This document shows, in pieces, positions 1 to 14,064 of a stretch of 64,000 bases of DNA. The DNA comes from Octopus vulgaris (Eukaryota): NCBI GenBank assembly GCA_951406725.2, contig OX597832.1, positions 64,108,001 to 64,172,000 on the forward strand, in the 5' to 3' direction. Both the position numbers and the translations under genes were made by a program. The notes below the pieces were generated by a model, which was not told the origin of the DNA, searched no databases, and saw only the letters and a program-made list of their open reading frames with translations. Position 1 is the first letter of the stretch. Each line of letters starts with the position of its first letter.

Positions 1-98
1 AAAATCTTCACTTCTTATGACATCGAGAGATGGGATTCTGATATTTTGCGCAAATACGTCTTTGGGGATAGGTGAAAGATTTTATTCTTTTATTATAC

Positions 99-161
99 CT
101 AAGAACGTGAACATAGTAGTGAATAACAGGGAATGCCCCAAGTTTAGTGCTTGCACATTCA
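99..161 (-). CDS. Candidate internal exon (phase 2-2), ECASTKLGAFPVIHYYVHVL, possibly the end of a cadherin repeat
   Basis: Strong pyrimidine tract and acceptor (ctttccacccacttccttccag), donor AG|GTATAA, 63 nt open. The YYVHVL pattern resembles the last strand of a cadherin domain. Weak support. Confidence 0.3.
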
Positions 162-294
162 CTGGAAGGAAGTGGGTGGAAAGAGATAAGAAGGTATATT
201 TGTACATGTGTATAGTTGCATACACCCATACACATACAAATGCAACGATGCATATGGACACATAAACATGCTCTTTTACCCACACACACACGCA

Positions 295-340
<46 letters not shown>

Positions 341-1050
341 TATATATACACACACTTGGATGATCGATTTCGCATGCACCTTCACAGACTAATCCAACGT
401 AAACCGGGGGAAATTTTGGCCCTCATTTCAACACATACCAAACTCATTAACCACCTCTTCGTGTCCGGCGCTTCTGTACACCATTGCGGAACGTAACTGT
501 CGGAAATGTACAAAAGCATCCTTCATATTAACATGCATGGGCAACAAGTGATCTGCCTTTTTCTGTTACGTTTTACCGTGTTTCCCCTCTTTTGGAATAA
601 GGATGAAGAAAAACTGTCTCACGCTCAAAAGCAGGATTGCATCCAAAACGCTTGGAAAATCTGCGAACCGTGTAGTTGTAATTTACCAACATAATCTCAT
701 TTGATTATATAAGAAGTTAAAATGACAAGGGAATATATATTATGTTATGAACTTCAATAGCTTACAGTTTTTTTCTGATATAAAATGCAAGAACTTATAG
801 CCGAATGCCTGTGTATCAGCCTATAGGTTTGGAGCTCTGATGAATCTATTGTGTGATACGCAATCATTCAACAAAGAGTGCATTATATCTTATAGCAAAT
901 GAAGCTCATGGCATAATTACTTATTCCTTTGTCATTTCAATTTATTACTGCTCTGTACTCAACTGACACTTTATACTGAAACGTGTGTGTATTGACTTCT
1001 GACACCAGGCTACTTGTATCTCTATGCTTAAACCAAATACAACAACAACA

Positions 1051-1175
<125 letters not shown>

Positions 1176-2156
1176 AAAAAATAATGATGCTATATATGTA
1201 TATATACGTATAGTGTGTTTGTATCTTTATGTGTATAAGTGTGCATTACGTAGATACGTATCTGTGTCAGTGTGTCTATATATAATTGCATTGGAAGCAA
1301 TACCTTCTAACATATTCACATACAGACACATGCACAAAAATAGATTCATGCATACATACACATATGCATGCACTTCTTCACATACACACACACATTTACG
1401 GAACTGCATTCACAACCTAAGGCGTTCACACATACAAACACACATACGCATATACGAATTGACTGGCATACACTCATATACCATACAATCCCAATACACA
1501 CAGTCTTCAGGTACTGACACAGACATACATATTCACAATAGAGTGATAGGTACACACAGATGCATAAATGCGCATAAACAGACAATCATATGCGCGCAAA
1601 CACACACTCAGACATACATATTCTATGCGAATCTCACACATACGCACACTGAGAGTTATATACAGAAACGCACACACACATACACACACTGTAAGCAATA
1701 CAACACACACAGACTTATGTCGAATCACCTCACTCCATCTCTATTACCAATTTGTAATCAAACATTCACGCCATCTTATTAAATGTGTGTTATCAGCTAA
1801 GATGCTATCACACATCTTATTTAGATCAGTTTAATCAGAAGCGTAGGAGGTGATTTAATCATCTTGATACTATTTAAGAATTCTCTGCGATATATTTAAA
1901 CATTTCTTGATTTTGGAAATTAAAAGCAAACAGCATCAAAAACAAGTAAGACGAGATAAAAATAAAATACAGCTCTACAAAAAAATAAAGAAAGTATAAA
2001 GGAAAAAGGAAAATGGTGAAAGGAGAAAACAGGAAGAATCAAGAAAGAACCGAACGCCATAACGGATGAGGCTGCTTTTATTCAGTAACAAATTCTTCAA
2101 CTTCGCAAAGAAATTTGATAAAATCTCACGAAATAGTTGTTGTTTTAATCTCTCTC

Positions 2157-2385
<229 letters not shown>

Positions 2386-2597
2386 GGTCTCTGTGTATTC
2401 ATACAGTGTGTGCCCCCCCAAAAAAAAACAACAAAAAGTATCAAAATGCAGCCGCGGCTTCAGCTGAAGCCATCAGATTATATCTACAGATTGCAACATG
2501 CAGTCAAACCACTCCATTTTCTTCTAATATTTCTTTGGACTAGTACTATGTGATTGAAATTGGTAAACGGAAACTGTCTCTTCCCGCTCTCTCTTAG

Positions 2598-2670
<73 letters not shown>

Positions 2671-2673
<3 letters not shown>

Positions 2674-3364
2674 GATCATCCCATAAATAATGCGGTTTTT
2701 TATACTTCTTTTATTTTTATAAACGAAGTGCTTTCTAATCTAAAATATACTCTCCTTCATTTTCTACAATGCTCTTCCATCTATCTGGTAGACTTGCAAG
2801 ACCCCTCTTCCAAAATTCACTTGACCGTGACGAAAAATACTCCTCCAGTAACTGTTCTGACCTCCCCTATAGAATTCATATTTTTTCCGTCCAAATGATT
2901 TTGAAGACTATGGAATAAATGATAATCAGATGAGTCGATGTCCGGCGAGTGAAGCATCGTTTCCCACTCAAACTGCTCCAGCCTTTGGAATGTTATCTTC
3001 GCTGTGCGCGGTCGAGCATTATTCTGATGGAACAACAGCTTTCGTCTTGAAACCAAAGATGGCTTACACTTATTATCCGATCCCAATATACTACATTAAT
3101 ATTCCTTGCACTTTCCATTGCGTTGTTGCCTTTACTGAACACATGAAGTAAAATATGCCGAATACGCTCCTTTGTCATTTCCATAGCTTTGAACAAATAA
3201 CTGTTGAAATCGAATTGCTCTCTTCAAATCTTGGGCTAACAATAAGCGCAAGGTAAAATTACTACCTATTTTTATAGCAAGTTGATGCAGGTAGTTTATC
3301 CCTTCCCCGTCCGTCTTTTAGTTCATGCAATTGAAAAAAACCGCTCTATTTATGGTATTAAGAA
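2671..3364 (-). mobile_element. Internally deleted, decayed mariner (DD34D-type) DNA transposon
   Basis: Minus ORFs give an N-terminus MEMTKERIRHILLHVFSKGNNAMESARNI and a C-terminus HQNNARPRTAK...SPDIDSSDYHLFHSLQNHL (mariner YSPDLAPSDYHLF motif). Degenerate TIRs ccataaataatgcggttttt / aaaaaccgctctatttatgg lie in TA context. Confidence 0.9.
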
Positions 3365-3372
3365 TATATATA

Positions 3373-4592
3373 CGGGGATTGGACAAAATAATGGAAACAC
3401 TTTAAAATTTCAAACAAATGTATTTTAATATCAAGTAGGACCGCCTTTTAATATCAAGTAGGACAGCTTGAATTCTACGAGGCATGGACTCGTACAAAGT
3501 TTGAATTGTTTCCAAAGGAATTTTTGTCCATTCTTCAGCTAAAACAGTCTCCAGTTTTTGTAGTGGTGATGGTGGAGGATATCGACGCCTTACTTGTTTT
3601 TCTAAAATGCATCCTAAATGTTCAGTAATATTGAGATCTGGGGACTGTGGTGGCCAGATAAGATGTTCAACTTCACTAGAATGTTCATCGTGCCATTCAG
3701 TAACAACTTTAGCTGTGTGAATTGGTGCATTATCATCCTGAAAGATCGCGTTTCCCCCCCAGAAACAGTTCCGCAACAATAGGATGAATTTGATCTGATA
3801 AAATGCTTAAATATTCTTCACTATTAATTCTACCATGAAGGGAAACTATTGGACCGGTAGATTTCCAGGATATAGCGCCCCTCCACCAGATCATCATAGA
3901 TCCTTCTCCATGTTTAACAGTTGGAAGAAGGCAGTCTAGGTCAAGTGCTTCTTTTGGCTGTCTCCACACGCATACTCAGGCGCTAGTCGGAAATAAGGTA
4001 AAGGATGACACGCTCGAGAATATGACATTCTTCCACTACTCTAAGGACCAATCTGTAGGTTTTTACTTCACTCTAAATGCTTTACAACGTTTGTTTTTGA
4101 AAGTAGTGGTTTTCTGATTGCAGCCCTATCGTCAAATCTGGCGAACAGTTTTTGTGGAAACTGGGCTCACGAGGTGGTCATTAAGCTCTGCAATAATTTT
4201 GGGAGCTGTACTTTTGTCATCCTTTCTAACAATTCGCGTAATAATCTCACGGCCCCTATCTGAAACCTTCTCAAAGGCTGTCATTACTTTCGCGACAATA
4301 GTTATTGATACACGAAACATTACGGCTGTTTTCGTTACGCTAGCGCCTGCCTTCCGAGCACCAGCAATTAGACCTCTTTGAAAGTCTGATAGATCTGTCA
4401 TTTTAATGAATTTTAATTACCTTTTTCTGATGATATCTAAAAAGAAACAGCAATTTTAGCAAAACGTATTAACAAACACTAAAAATGAAAAAAAAACCCC
4501 ATAAAAATAAACAATATTTTGACGGTTTTATAGATATTTCAAAATTATGATGCTATGATGCTTGGTGTTTCTATTACTTTGTCCAGCCTCTC
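3373..4592 (-). mobile_element. Tc1-like transposon, about 1.2 kb, with a frameshifted transposase and DD36E spacing (Incomer-like)
   Basis: TIRs cggggattggacaaaataatggaaacac / gtgtttctattactttgtccagcctctc are flanked by TA. Minus ORF fragments read MTDLSDFQRGLIAGAR, PTVKHGEGSMMIW and FQDDNAPIHT...WPPQSPDLNITE, with 36 residues between D and E. Confidence 0.93.
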
Positions 4593-4641
4593 TACATGTA
4601 TGTGTGCGTGCGTGTGTAAAATGGGAATTTTAAAGACTTAC

Positions 4642-4700
4642 CTTTCATCAATTCGAAAGACATCTGTTCGGTTTTTGAAGCCAAAAATAAGAGGCGCTTT
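4642..4700 (-). CDS. Probable cadherin-repeat exon (phase 0-2), KAPLIFGFKNRTDVFRIDE
   Basis: Acceptor ttgttattttcag, donor AG|GTAAGT, 59 nt open. The F.ID motif is typical of cadherin repeats. Confidence 0.6.
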
Positions 4701-4731
4701 CTGAAAATAACAAGGAACATAAAATATTGTC

Positions 4732-4826
<95 letters not shown>

Positions 4827-4849
4827 TAATAATAATAATAATAATCCGA

Positions 4850-5243
4850 TCTACTATAGGCACAGGACCTGAAATTTTGCGGGAGGGGGATAGTAGATTT
4901 CATTGACATCAGTACTTGACTAGCACTTACTTAATTGACGCTTAAAATAGGAAGAGCAAAGTCGACCTCGGCAGAATTTGAACTCGGAACGTAGCGCCAG
5001 ACGAAATACCTATTTCTTTACTACCCACAAGGGGCTAAACACGGAGAGGACAAACAAGGACAGACAAATGGATTAAGTCGTTTACATCGACCCCAGTGCG
5101 TAACTGGTACTTAATTTATCGACCCCGAAAGGATGAAAGGCAAAGTCGACCTCGGCTGAATTTGAACTCAGAATGTAACGGCAGACGAAATACGGCTACG
5201 CCTTTCGCCCGGCGTGGTAACGTTTCTGCCAGCTCGCCGCCTA
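4850..5243 (-). mobile_element. tRNA-derived SINE family A (Meta-SINE-like core), dimeric form
   Basis: Reverse complement has head GGCGGCGAGCTGGCAGAA, B box GAGTTCAAATTC and core GCCTTTCATCCTTTCGGGGTCGATAAATTAAGTACC. Embedded in (AAT)n. Many copies in the window. Confidence 0.85.
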
Positions 5244-5596
5244 AGTAGTAATAATAATAATAAGAAGAAGAAGAAAGAAAGAAATAATTGCGATAATAAT
5301 AGTAATGTAATTAGGTTTTCTTTTTAATATAAGAATATGGTAATTAAATATTTGCATTCATTCTACACACGCAACATGAATACAAAACTGATGATGGAAT
5401 ATCACTTCATGCGAAAACAAAAAAAAAAAAAAAAAAAAGAGAAACGAAAGAAAAATTCTGGAAACAGAAGAGATTTCAATGATGAACAAATGAGATTACA
5501 ATATTAAGGCACAAGGATTCAGCCCGATGGTCGTAGCAGAGAAGTAGGTGATATCTGAACATGAAAGGCAAGGAGGATAATGGACCGACACAAAGT

Positions 5597-5637
<41 letters not shown>

Positions 5638-5936
5638 TACATGTGTGTGTGTTATATACGATATCTATAATGGACATATTTTAGATTCTGCTTCTCATCA
5701 TAATCTTTCACATATTTATGTATTATTTATCCAGTCGCAGTTTTCTTCTTTTCAACTTATATTTTATAGTCAGCCTTTTTTTTTTTGTAAACTATACGTT
5801 CAAATGTGCGTATACTTATGTGCGCACGTACATACATTGGGATATAGATTTTTCTAGTGACAGGAGCTAGGATTCGAACAAACCAAAGGAGGTTTTATAT
5901 AAAGATAAATATATATACATATGAACAAGAAAATCG

Positions 5937-6284
<348 letters not shown>

Positions 6285-6478
6285 TATCCAGAAGACCCAA
6301 GGTGGCAGGTAAGGCTATGTAAGTGCTATGGAGGGACCGTAGTTAAACTCGGTTCGATAATGATACGAGTGAGGAGTCTAATTCGGGTTTTGTATGAGCA
6401 TGTATATGTTAAATAAAATCAGACAACAAGGCCTCATATTGAACTCCAATATTTCCCCTTATTTAACCATCTCACATC

Positions 6479-6526
6479 GTCTCTGTTGAAGGGATATCCC
6501 TAATATCCCAGAAACAGCTGTAAGAC
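6479..6526 (+). ncRNA. Minimal type I hammerhead ribozyme motif (family 4; CUGUUGA core)
   Basis: gtct-CTGTTGA-a-gggata(tccctaa)tatccc-a-GAAAC-agct-GTA-agac: helix I gtct/agac, helix II gggata/tatccc, palindromic helix III ACAGCTGT, cleavage triplet GUA. Confidence 0.7.
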
Positions 6527-6963
6527 TAACTTTCTCCTTATAAATATCCTGAAAATTCCACACACCTTTGGCTTTGTTGTCTCATTTTATTTAACTCAAA
6601 CACATATGAATGTACAAGTATATACACATGTTTAAAGAATATATACATATGTGTGTGCTTGAGTGTGTGTGTAAGTATTTTAGAAGTCTCTATGGCAACA
6701 TCCTTGTTAAAAAAGTTGTCAACAGTCAACTGTCAATTTTGATATAGTTGTGAACGTGTTCCTCCCATAAGGTTCCAAATGATGTCTGATTATTTTTTAA
6801 CTTCCTTTATACATGCGCATATATGTGTGCGTTTGTGTGTGCGCGCGCACGTTGTTTGTATTTGTGTTGTTGGTGTCTCTAACTTTGCTTCAGAGTCAGA
6901 GAGTTATCAAATCCTAATAACGAAGCCGTTTTCTATAAATGCGCGCGCGCGCGTCTACGCAGG

Positions 6964-7026
<63 letters not shown>

Positions 7027-7623
7027 CACACACACAAATATACGTACATATATAAACTACATAGATATCTGAAAATCCATAATATTTATGCGTGGATACA
7101 TTTTGTAAGTATACATCTATGCACACAGATACATACCAATATATATATATATATATATATACCCATACACAAACGCACTCACATATGTAGGTTAACTGCT
7201 CTAAAAACATTATTAGCCTACTTAGAATAAAAATGAAATAGAAATATTAGCAGCGAACACGATTAAAAAAGTGAATCTCCAAGGAAGAATCATTTCTGTA
7301 TCACAGTTCAGTAGTTTATTTTATACGAATGATTTTATGAAAAATCTTTATGTGCAACTTTTGTAAGGCTTGCAGTTCGCTTTTGGAGTCTTGTTCGAGT
7401 GAAGGTGTTCCATTGAAAGTTATTTCATAGATATGTTTGTAGATGGTATATATAACTGTCTAATGTGGTGTGGGTGATCTTGTGTGTGAATAACTGTGGG
7501 AATAACTGCCGTTGTCCTGTGTAAAGTATATTAGACTTATCAATCAAGACGGGTGCAGGAAAAAATATAAAGACGGCTGGCAAGATAGTTTAATTTCTTG
7601 CATTAAGAAAGCGCCACGCTTAC

Positions 7624-7783
7624 CATTTTGAGCACTGTAATACAACACGGATCTGTTGAAGGCAAAATCAAATAATTGAAAAAGTTCTTCCATTTTTAGG
7701 TAATTAGCTATTACACATGCCTCACCAAACCGCTTCTCATCAAAGCTCAAGACTGCGTCTAAATCAACACATCCATCTCTGAC
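7624..7783 (-). CDS. Probable exon (phase 0-1), VRDGCVDLDAVLSFDEKRFGEACVIANYLKMEELFQLFDFAFNRSVLYYSAQN; possibly a divergent cadherin repeat
   Basis: Acceptor gtcaatttctag, donor G|GTAAGC, 160 nt open in non-repetitive sequence, on the same strand as the cadherin exons. The domain assignment is uncertain. Confidence 0.5.
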
Positions 7784-8021
7784 CTAGAAATTGACATCAT
7801 CTTACTCAGCCGTTAAACCATCAGTTGAAAAAACAATGATGAAGAAGCATTGATGTTTGTATTCGTGCAAGCTATGTGAATGAGATTAGCAACTTCATCA
7901 AAGCATGGCTGGACACAAAACACACAACACACATTTACAAAGCTATAGGCGTATCAATAATGTTGCACACACGCAAATACATATACACCTGTATGCACAT
8001 TGGTATGAATGTATCTCTCTC

Positions 8022-8096
<75 letters not shown>

Positions 8097-8267
8097 GAGT
8101 ACATTTAAGCAGAGAGAGGCAGAGAGTGAGACAAAAAATAATTACAAACATATAAAGAAATAAGAGAAAAATGAATTGAATCAGTTTGATGGTAATTGGA
8201 GAGAAAATCGAATATCTGAGGAATTCCGCTGTGTGTGTGTGTGTGTGTGTGCATATATGTATGAATA

Positions 8268-8331
<64 letters not shown>

Positions 8332-8677
8332 TATATATACGTAGATGTGTGTGTGTATATATATGCGTATGTAAGTATGTACAGAAATGTATATTTTTGC
8401 ACTTTTTACGTCCAGTTTCATCGTAAATAAACAAAGGAATTTTCCATCAAATTGCTGAGACTAATCAAGTGTAAGGAAGAAGGAAAGTAACGAAGACTCA
8501 ACGGATGCTATAACTTCGTTACATTGCTTCAGATATGCTTCTTTTTCTTTCTGCTCCTCAGACAACTGTTTGTGTTTTGGTGCTAAGATATATAAATCTC
8601 TAAATAACATAACTATCCAAACTGCATAGGAACGATTTGTTCACGACTGGAAATTTACTAGCTCGTATATACCCATG

Positions 8678-8820
8678 CATGTATGTATGTATGTATGTAT
8701 GTATGTATGTATGTATGTATGTATGTATGTATGTATGTATGCATGCATGCATGCATGTATGTATGTATGTATGTATGTATGTATGTATGTATGTATGTAT
8801 GTATGTATGTATGTATGTAT
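8678..8820. repeat. (TATG)n microsatellite
   Basis: Visible tandem repeats. Confidence 0.95.
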
Positions 8821-9803
8821 CTTCTGTTTTTTTAAAATTATTATAAATCTTCCACTGAGGAGGGAGCCGGTTTCCAACAAAGATACAAGGCTCCATCTTT
8901 GGGATGTAGTTAACAAATTCATGACATGTGGAACTTGAGAAAAGTCTTGCATATTTTTACTGTTCCACTCACATATTGCACTTGTAATGAACGAATCAGC
9001 CGGTCAATTTCTCTTTCTGAAAATCCCAGTTTATCCAGATACTCCTTTAAGCATTTACTAACAAAACCCAGTGCTGCAATTAATATTGCTATGAATATGA
9101 ATTCATAGTCTGGATATAGAAGCTGGAGGTTTCGAAGCAGTTGTCCATAGATATCCTCTTTTTCTTTGATTTTCAAAGAGATATTTATATCTGTAGGGCA
9201 GCTAATTTCTATGATGGTACATACTTTTGCCCCTCTGTCCCAAACAACAGTATCCGTCCTGTTATGTTTACAATGGACAAAAGTTTTGATGGGAATATTC
9301 TACCAGTATTCAATGAGTTGGTGTTTATGAATGTATTCCATAACAGAGGGATTTTCTAAGTTTATTTCAGGACAGTCTTTCTTGCAGATGGCATTGTAAA
9401 TTGTTTTAGCGACAATATTGTGCTGCATAGGGAGGGAGTACCGTGATGACATTTTAGGACAGCTGCTAATCACATATGTGATGTCTTCTACGGAAAGATG
9501 GCGTAGTCTACACATACGGTTGCACCTTAGGATTACAAGAGAATCAGTGTCTCTCTTGTTCACCAGTTACTTTGTGATAATTGCGTATTCCTAGATTGCT
9601 AACGCATAGCCCTCAAAGTGTGATGTGATGTAGTGGTCATGTGTCCAAGAGAGGCTACGCTTCGTGTCAATTCTACTGTCTTCAAGCTTCCGGGCAACAT
9701 ACCCATGCATAGTCTTTTTTTTTGTATGCCAAGTGTTTTCCACCCTGGTCTTCTCTGAGGTAAGAGAACCCAGCTGTTTTGTTTGTGTGTATGAGAGCCC
9801 AAC
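8821..9803 (-). mobile_element. 5'-truncated, decayed non-LTR retrotransposon with a restriction-like endonuclease (R4/Dong-related) 3' region
   Basis: Minus fragments give a zinc-knuckle remnant (MCRL...EDITYVISSCPKM), an RHD-like QHNIVAK, and C-terminal KEKEDIY...IAALGFV...SGTVKICKTFL. Flanked on both sides by (TACA)n. Confidence 0.85.
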
Positions 9804-9839
9804 TGTATGTATGTATGTATCTCTGTGTTTGTGTATGTC

Positions 9840-9995
9840 TTTTATGTCTTGTGTTAGTCATTGTATTGCGGCCATGCTGGAGCACTGCGTTGAAGGGTTT
9901 TATTCGAACAGATGGACCACAGTACTTATATTTTAAAAAATCTAACACTTATTCTATCCGTCTCTTTTGTCGAACCACTAAGTTACGGGAACATA
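9840..9995 (-). mobile_element. SINE family B 3' fragment
   Basis: gtcattg..tgcggccatgctggagcac matches the reverse complement of the tail of the 13620-14000 copy. Confidence 0.7.
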
Positions 9996-10335
9996 GAGAT
10001 ATAGCCGAATATCACTTTTGCTTCTCCCTTTTTCTGGGTCGATTCGATGAAGTGTCAGGCTAGTACACGGGTCGATTCTTCTTCCTTCTGTACCTCACCG
10101 CTTTCGTTCTTATCCTGTAACGAATCAGATCTACTCTGAAGTTTAGAGTGATTGGCTTTGCAAGGTTTTACCATGCCGAAATTGCACAATATCTCACGGT
10201 GGCACTGCAAGAATGTTGCTCATGTTGATGTTGTTGCTTCGGCAGGGGTTAAATTTGATGGAGCACACTCTTATGATCAAAGAGATTTGCTGTTTTGACG
10301 ATCTTGTTCTTCAACCTTCCTGTGTTTTAGGAATA

Positions 10336-10837
10336 CAGCAATCACTCACCATATCACGGAATTTTCTGGCTAATATGTGTAAATTTATATCGCGGACTCC
10401 TCAGTATATCGCGGGTTTCTGCGGCCGATTTGTATTTATATTATTTTAGATTTTAATTATTTCTGTGGCAAAATAAACATTTTCATGCCTGAAATTTAAT
10501 AAATTAATAAATAAAAGTAGAGTACAGTACTGCATTGTATAACACATTAATTAAGATATATTAAAAGAAAATACGTAGTGTACCGTAGATGAGTAAACAA
10601 AGAATCGCATATACTGTATGGAAAACGAAACTTGGGAGGCAAAAAAGACACGGGTACTCCTAAGAATGTGGGGGGGGGAGTTTATAAAAGCTTAAATATA
10701 TTAAAATAACAAAATAAATATATGCAAATTATAAAAATCATTAAAAAAAATACAGTACTGTTTCTACTTCGTGGATTTTCATCTATTGCAAGCGGGGTGG
10801 TTGGAACGTAACACCCGCGATAGTCGAGGGATTACTG
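10336..10837. mobile_element. Non-autonomous pogo/Tigger-type MITE
   Basis: TIRs cagcaatcactcaccatatcacgg / ccgcgatagtcgagggattactg with TA on both sides. A related copy lies at 48333-48521. Confidence 0.75.
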
Positions 10838-12952
10838 TACGATCGCAAACGAGTACTTTATCAAATCACTAATACTGCAACACGTGATTAAAGGCGACTT
10901 AATTACTCCATTTAACTGGTCGAGTGACCGCGTAGAATCACTGAAGTTGAGTGAGCAATGTTCTTGTTTAGCTCCAAACCAGTGCACACGATGTAAGAGA
11001 GTCCATCTATGACCACCCTGTTATTCTGTCAAGCATTTCACATGTGGGACTACATTATGGGACAAGTCCCTCTCTATTTAAGTTAATGGAATGTGCTGTG
11101 AGGGAGATTTGGTTGCTATTACTAAGAAATTGTGTGATCACGTGGTGGCTGTGTTGTTGTTTTATCTGTTTTGTTGTGTACTTCAGTTCTGTGACCTTTA
11201 ACCTTTGAAATAATTAAATTCATGTCTTACTTTTAGAATAACAAAACAATTCTCAAAATAACATTCTTTGTTTTGAATCATTAAAAAAATTTGGCACGGA
11301 TTCTCTGCAGGAGGCCAAGCGAAATACTAAAGGAATATTTGATTGTTTTTCAATACAAGATAATACCAGAAAATATCCCCACCCCTAAAAATCAAAAGTA
11401 TTATGGAAAATAGAACAAAAATATTAAAAAGAAGAAACAAAAAGTTGAAATTTAATTTAAAAACAGAAAACAAAAATAACTATGTACATAAATTAAAAAT
11501 AATATATATAAATACGTAATGTGAATACATAAATTGCAGGCACACTCGTCTGTTAATGAAACTCGCCGAATAACCACAGACACCTTGGTTCGAATCCAAA
11601 TATTGACACCTGGGGCAAATTTGGGTTGGCCAATGCAAAATGCCTTGCGAGTGGATTTGGTAGATAGAAACTGTGCGGAAGACCACCATATATATATGTA
11701 CACACATACATACATACATACATACATACATACATACTCGGTGAGAGAGAGAGGGAGAGTATGGGATATATATATATATATATATGCTTTTGTAACATTC
11801 AAACCCCAAAGAATCCCTCTCAACATATGCCTATGATCCTCCTCCACTACTCCTGTTCATGTTCAGAGGTGCACATATTGTCAGCCACTAATGGATATGC
11901 TCAAGTGGTTAAGGTCAAACAACTGACACACAAATCTGTGGTATTGAGCAGAATATTTACTATAACGATATTTCTGCTTCAGCAACTCAGCACTGAATCT
12001 GTCTGAAATGTAATGGAAAATAGGTCAGTGGCAAAACATTGATGTCCAGGTAAGGAAAGCAAAGTTTTAAGACAATAGTAGTAATTTCCTTTGATTTCTA
12101 ATTAGAAGCAGATAGGAAATAACACTGACTAAAAACAAAAAAAAAATGTTACACGGTGTTTCTATTTCGTACAGACCCGAAAAAAAAAAGTACCAATCAC
12201 GTTCGTAGCTTCGATATAATTGAAAACTTCTGTCTTTCTTAGAAGGTAGTATTTAAGACGCGTTTCCTTTTCATCGTACTACGGTCAATACCCAGTTATG
12301 AAGTGGAGGACTCCATAGCGTTTCGCTTAAGAACAAAACGCACCGCCTGCTTGGGAATCGAAATGATGACCTTGCAACCGTCAGTACAACACACTAACCA
12401 TTAGGCTATGCGCCTTCATTATAAAATCAAATCAAGTGACAAAGAATTACTGGAATACATATATTCAACAGTTATCTCCCCTCAAATGATTTAATCTTCA
12501 GTTTGTGTGAGGACAGAAAAAGGTAACTGTTTACCCGAATATTTATTTAACTGAAGATTTGGCAAACAAACTCTTTTATATGTTTGTTGTTTGTTTTATT
12601 TCGTCCTACTAGTTTATATCAAATTTAATCTATTATTACTGTCAACCAATTACGCATTATCTTTGATAATAATAATTCTAAAATGATATTATCAAAGAAG
12701 ATATTATTTTTCTTCACATCTATAATTTGAATTCGTCTGGTCACAGTCATAAACTTCACGTATAGTGTTGCTGTTATTTTCGTTGTTTATTTTTTTCCGA
12801 TATTTTTGTTATTTTTATTTGTGATGGCATTAGTGTTGTTGTTGTTATTGGTGACGTCGGTCTTATTATAGATTTCGTGATTTATCATTCCATCTTGTAA
12901 AATATTTATCAACTAATCGACTCGAATACCAATTATTAATAAGTGTCTAGTG

Positions 12953-12990
<38 letters not shown>

Positions 12991-13316
12991 TTGTATGTGT
13001 ACACACACGTACACATATATGTGATACAATTATCTATCCATCTTTTTGAGATGTTTCTCTATGGCATAATATTACAGCTAGTGCCGTTTCATGTCATATT
13101 CTCTCTCTCATTCACTCTCTCTTTCTCACACAAACACACATTCTCTCTCTCCTCCTTTCCCTCACACACGCACATATACGTATATATATCGTGATATCGT
13201 GTGTGTATTTGTGTGTTTAAAATTCTGTGTTTTGCTCGTTTAGACCCTGTGTTAGATTGACGTCCCGTATTAAAGCTTGAACGACTTTAGATAGAAACGA
13301 TTGTTGTGACCTTTAA

Positions 13317-13367
<51 letters not shown>

Positions 13368-13619
13368 TGAAACTCCGTACTCGTAATTTCGATTGAGTAC
13401 TACATATGAAAGCAGTCCACGCTGATTGAACACGTTTGAAAGAAGACAACAAATTGTGTGTATCAATTTGTTTATTTATCAATCTAGCTATCTAACAGAT
13501 TTTAATTTTATTTAAACTCAAAGCAATGTGAGTAATATCATCGCCTTGTTTTATTTTTGGCTGAAATTTTTTTAAATGTTTATCTACATCAGACAGTGTT
13601 TCATATGAATTATGCTGGA

Positions 13620-14000
13620 ATGACTGTGTGATAAGTAGCTTGCTTACCAACCACATGGTGCCGGGTTCAGTCCCACTGCGTAGCACCTTGAGTAAGTGTC
13701 TTCTGCTATAACCTTGGGCCAACCAAAACCTTGTGAGTGAATTTGGTAGACGGAAACTGAAAGAAGCCCGTCGTATGTATATATATGTGTGTTTATGTGT
13801 CTGTTTGTCCCCGAACATCGGTTGTGAAGCGATGTTGGTGTGTTTACGTCCCCATAACCAAGCGGTATGGCAAAAGAGACCGACAGAATAAGTACCAGGC
13901 TCACATAGAATAAGTCCTCAGGTCGATTTGTTCGACTAAAGGCGGTACTCCAGCATGGCCGCAGTCAAATGACTGAAATAAGTAAAAGAATAAAAGAATA
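13620..14000 (+). mobile_element. tRNA-derived SINE family B (CORE-like), near full length
   Basis: Head with B-box-like GGGTTCAGTCCC, CORE-like CACCTTG.G.AAGTGTCTT, body gatttggtagacggaaactgaaagaagcccgtcg, tail cagcatggccgcagtc...aaaagaataaaagaat. Confidence 0.85.
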
Positions 14001-14001
14001 T

Positions 14002-14061
<60 letters not shown>

Positions 14062-14064
<3 letters not shown>

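Noticed and set aside
836-870. CTGATGA suggesting a hammerhead; similar cases at about 47778 and 60224
   Set aside because: No properly placed GAAA or paired helix II.
8470-8599. Coding-looking minus frame DLYILAPKHKQLSEEQKEKEAYLKQCNEVIAS
   Set aside because: No strong donor and no recognisable domain; left uncalled.
13620-13700. tRNA-like sequences here and at about 20140-20206, 43140-43210 and 59150-59220
   Set aside because: They are SINE heads with A/B boxes followed by SINE bodies; no convincing complete cloverleaf.
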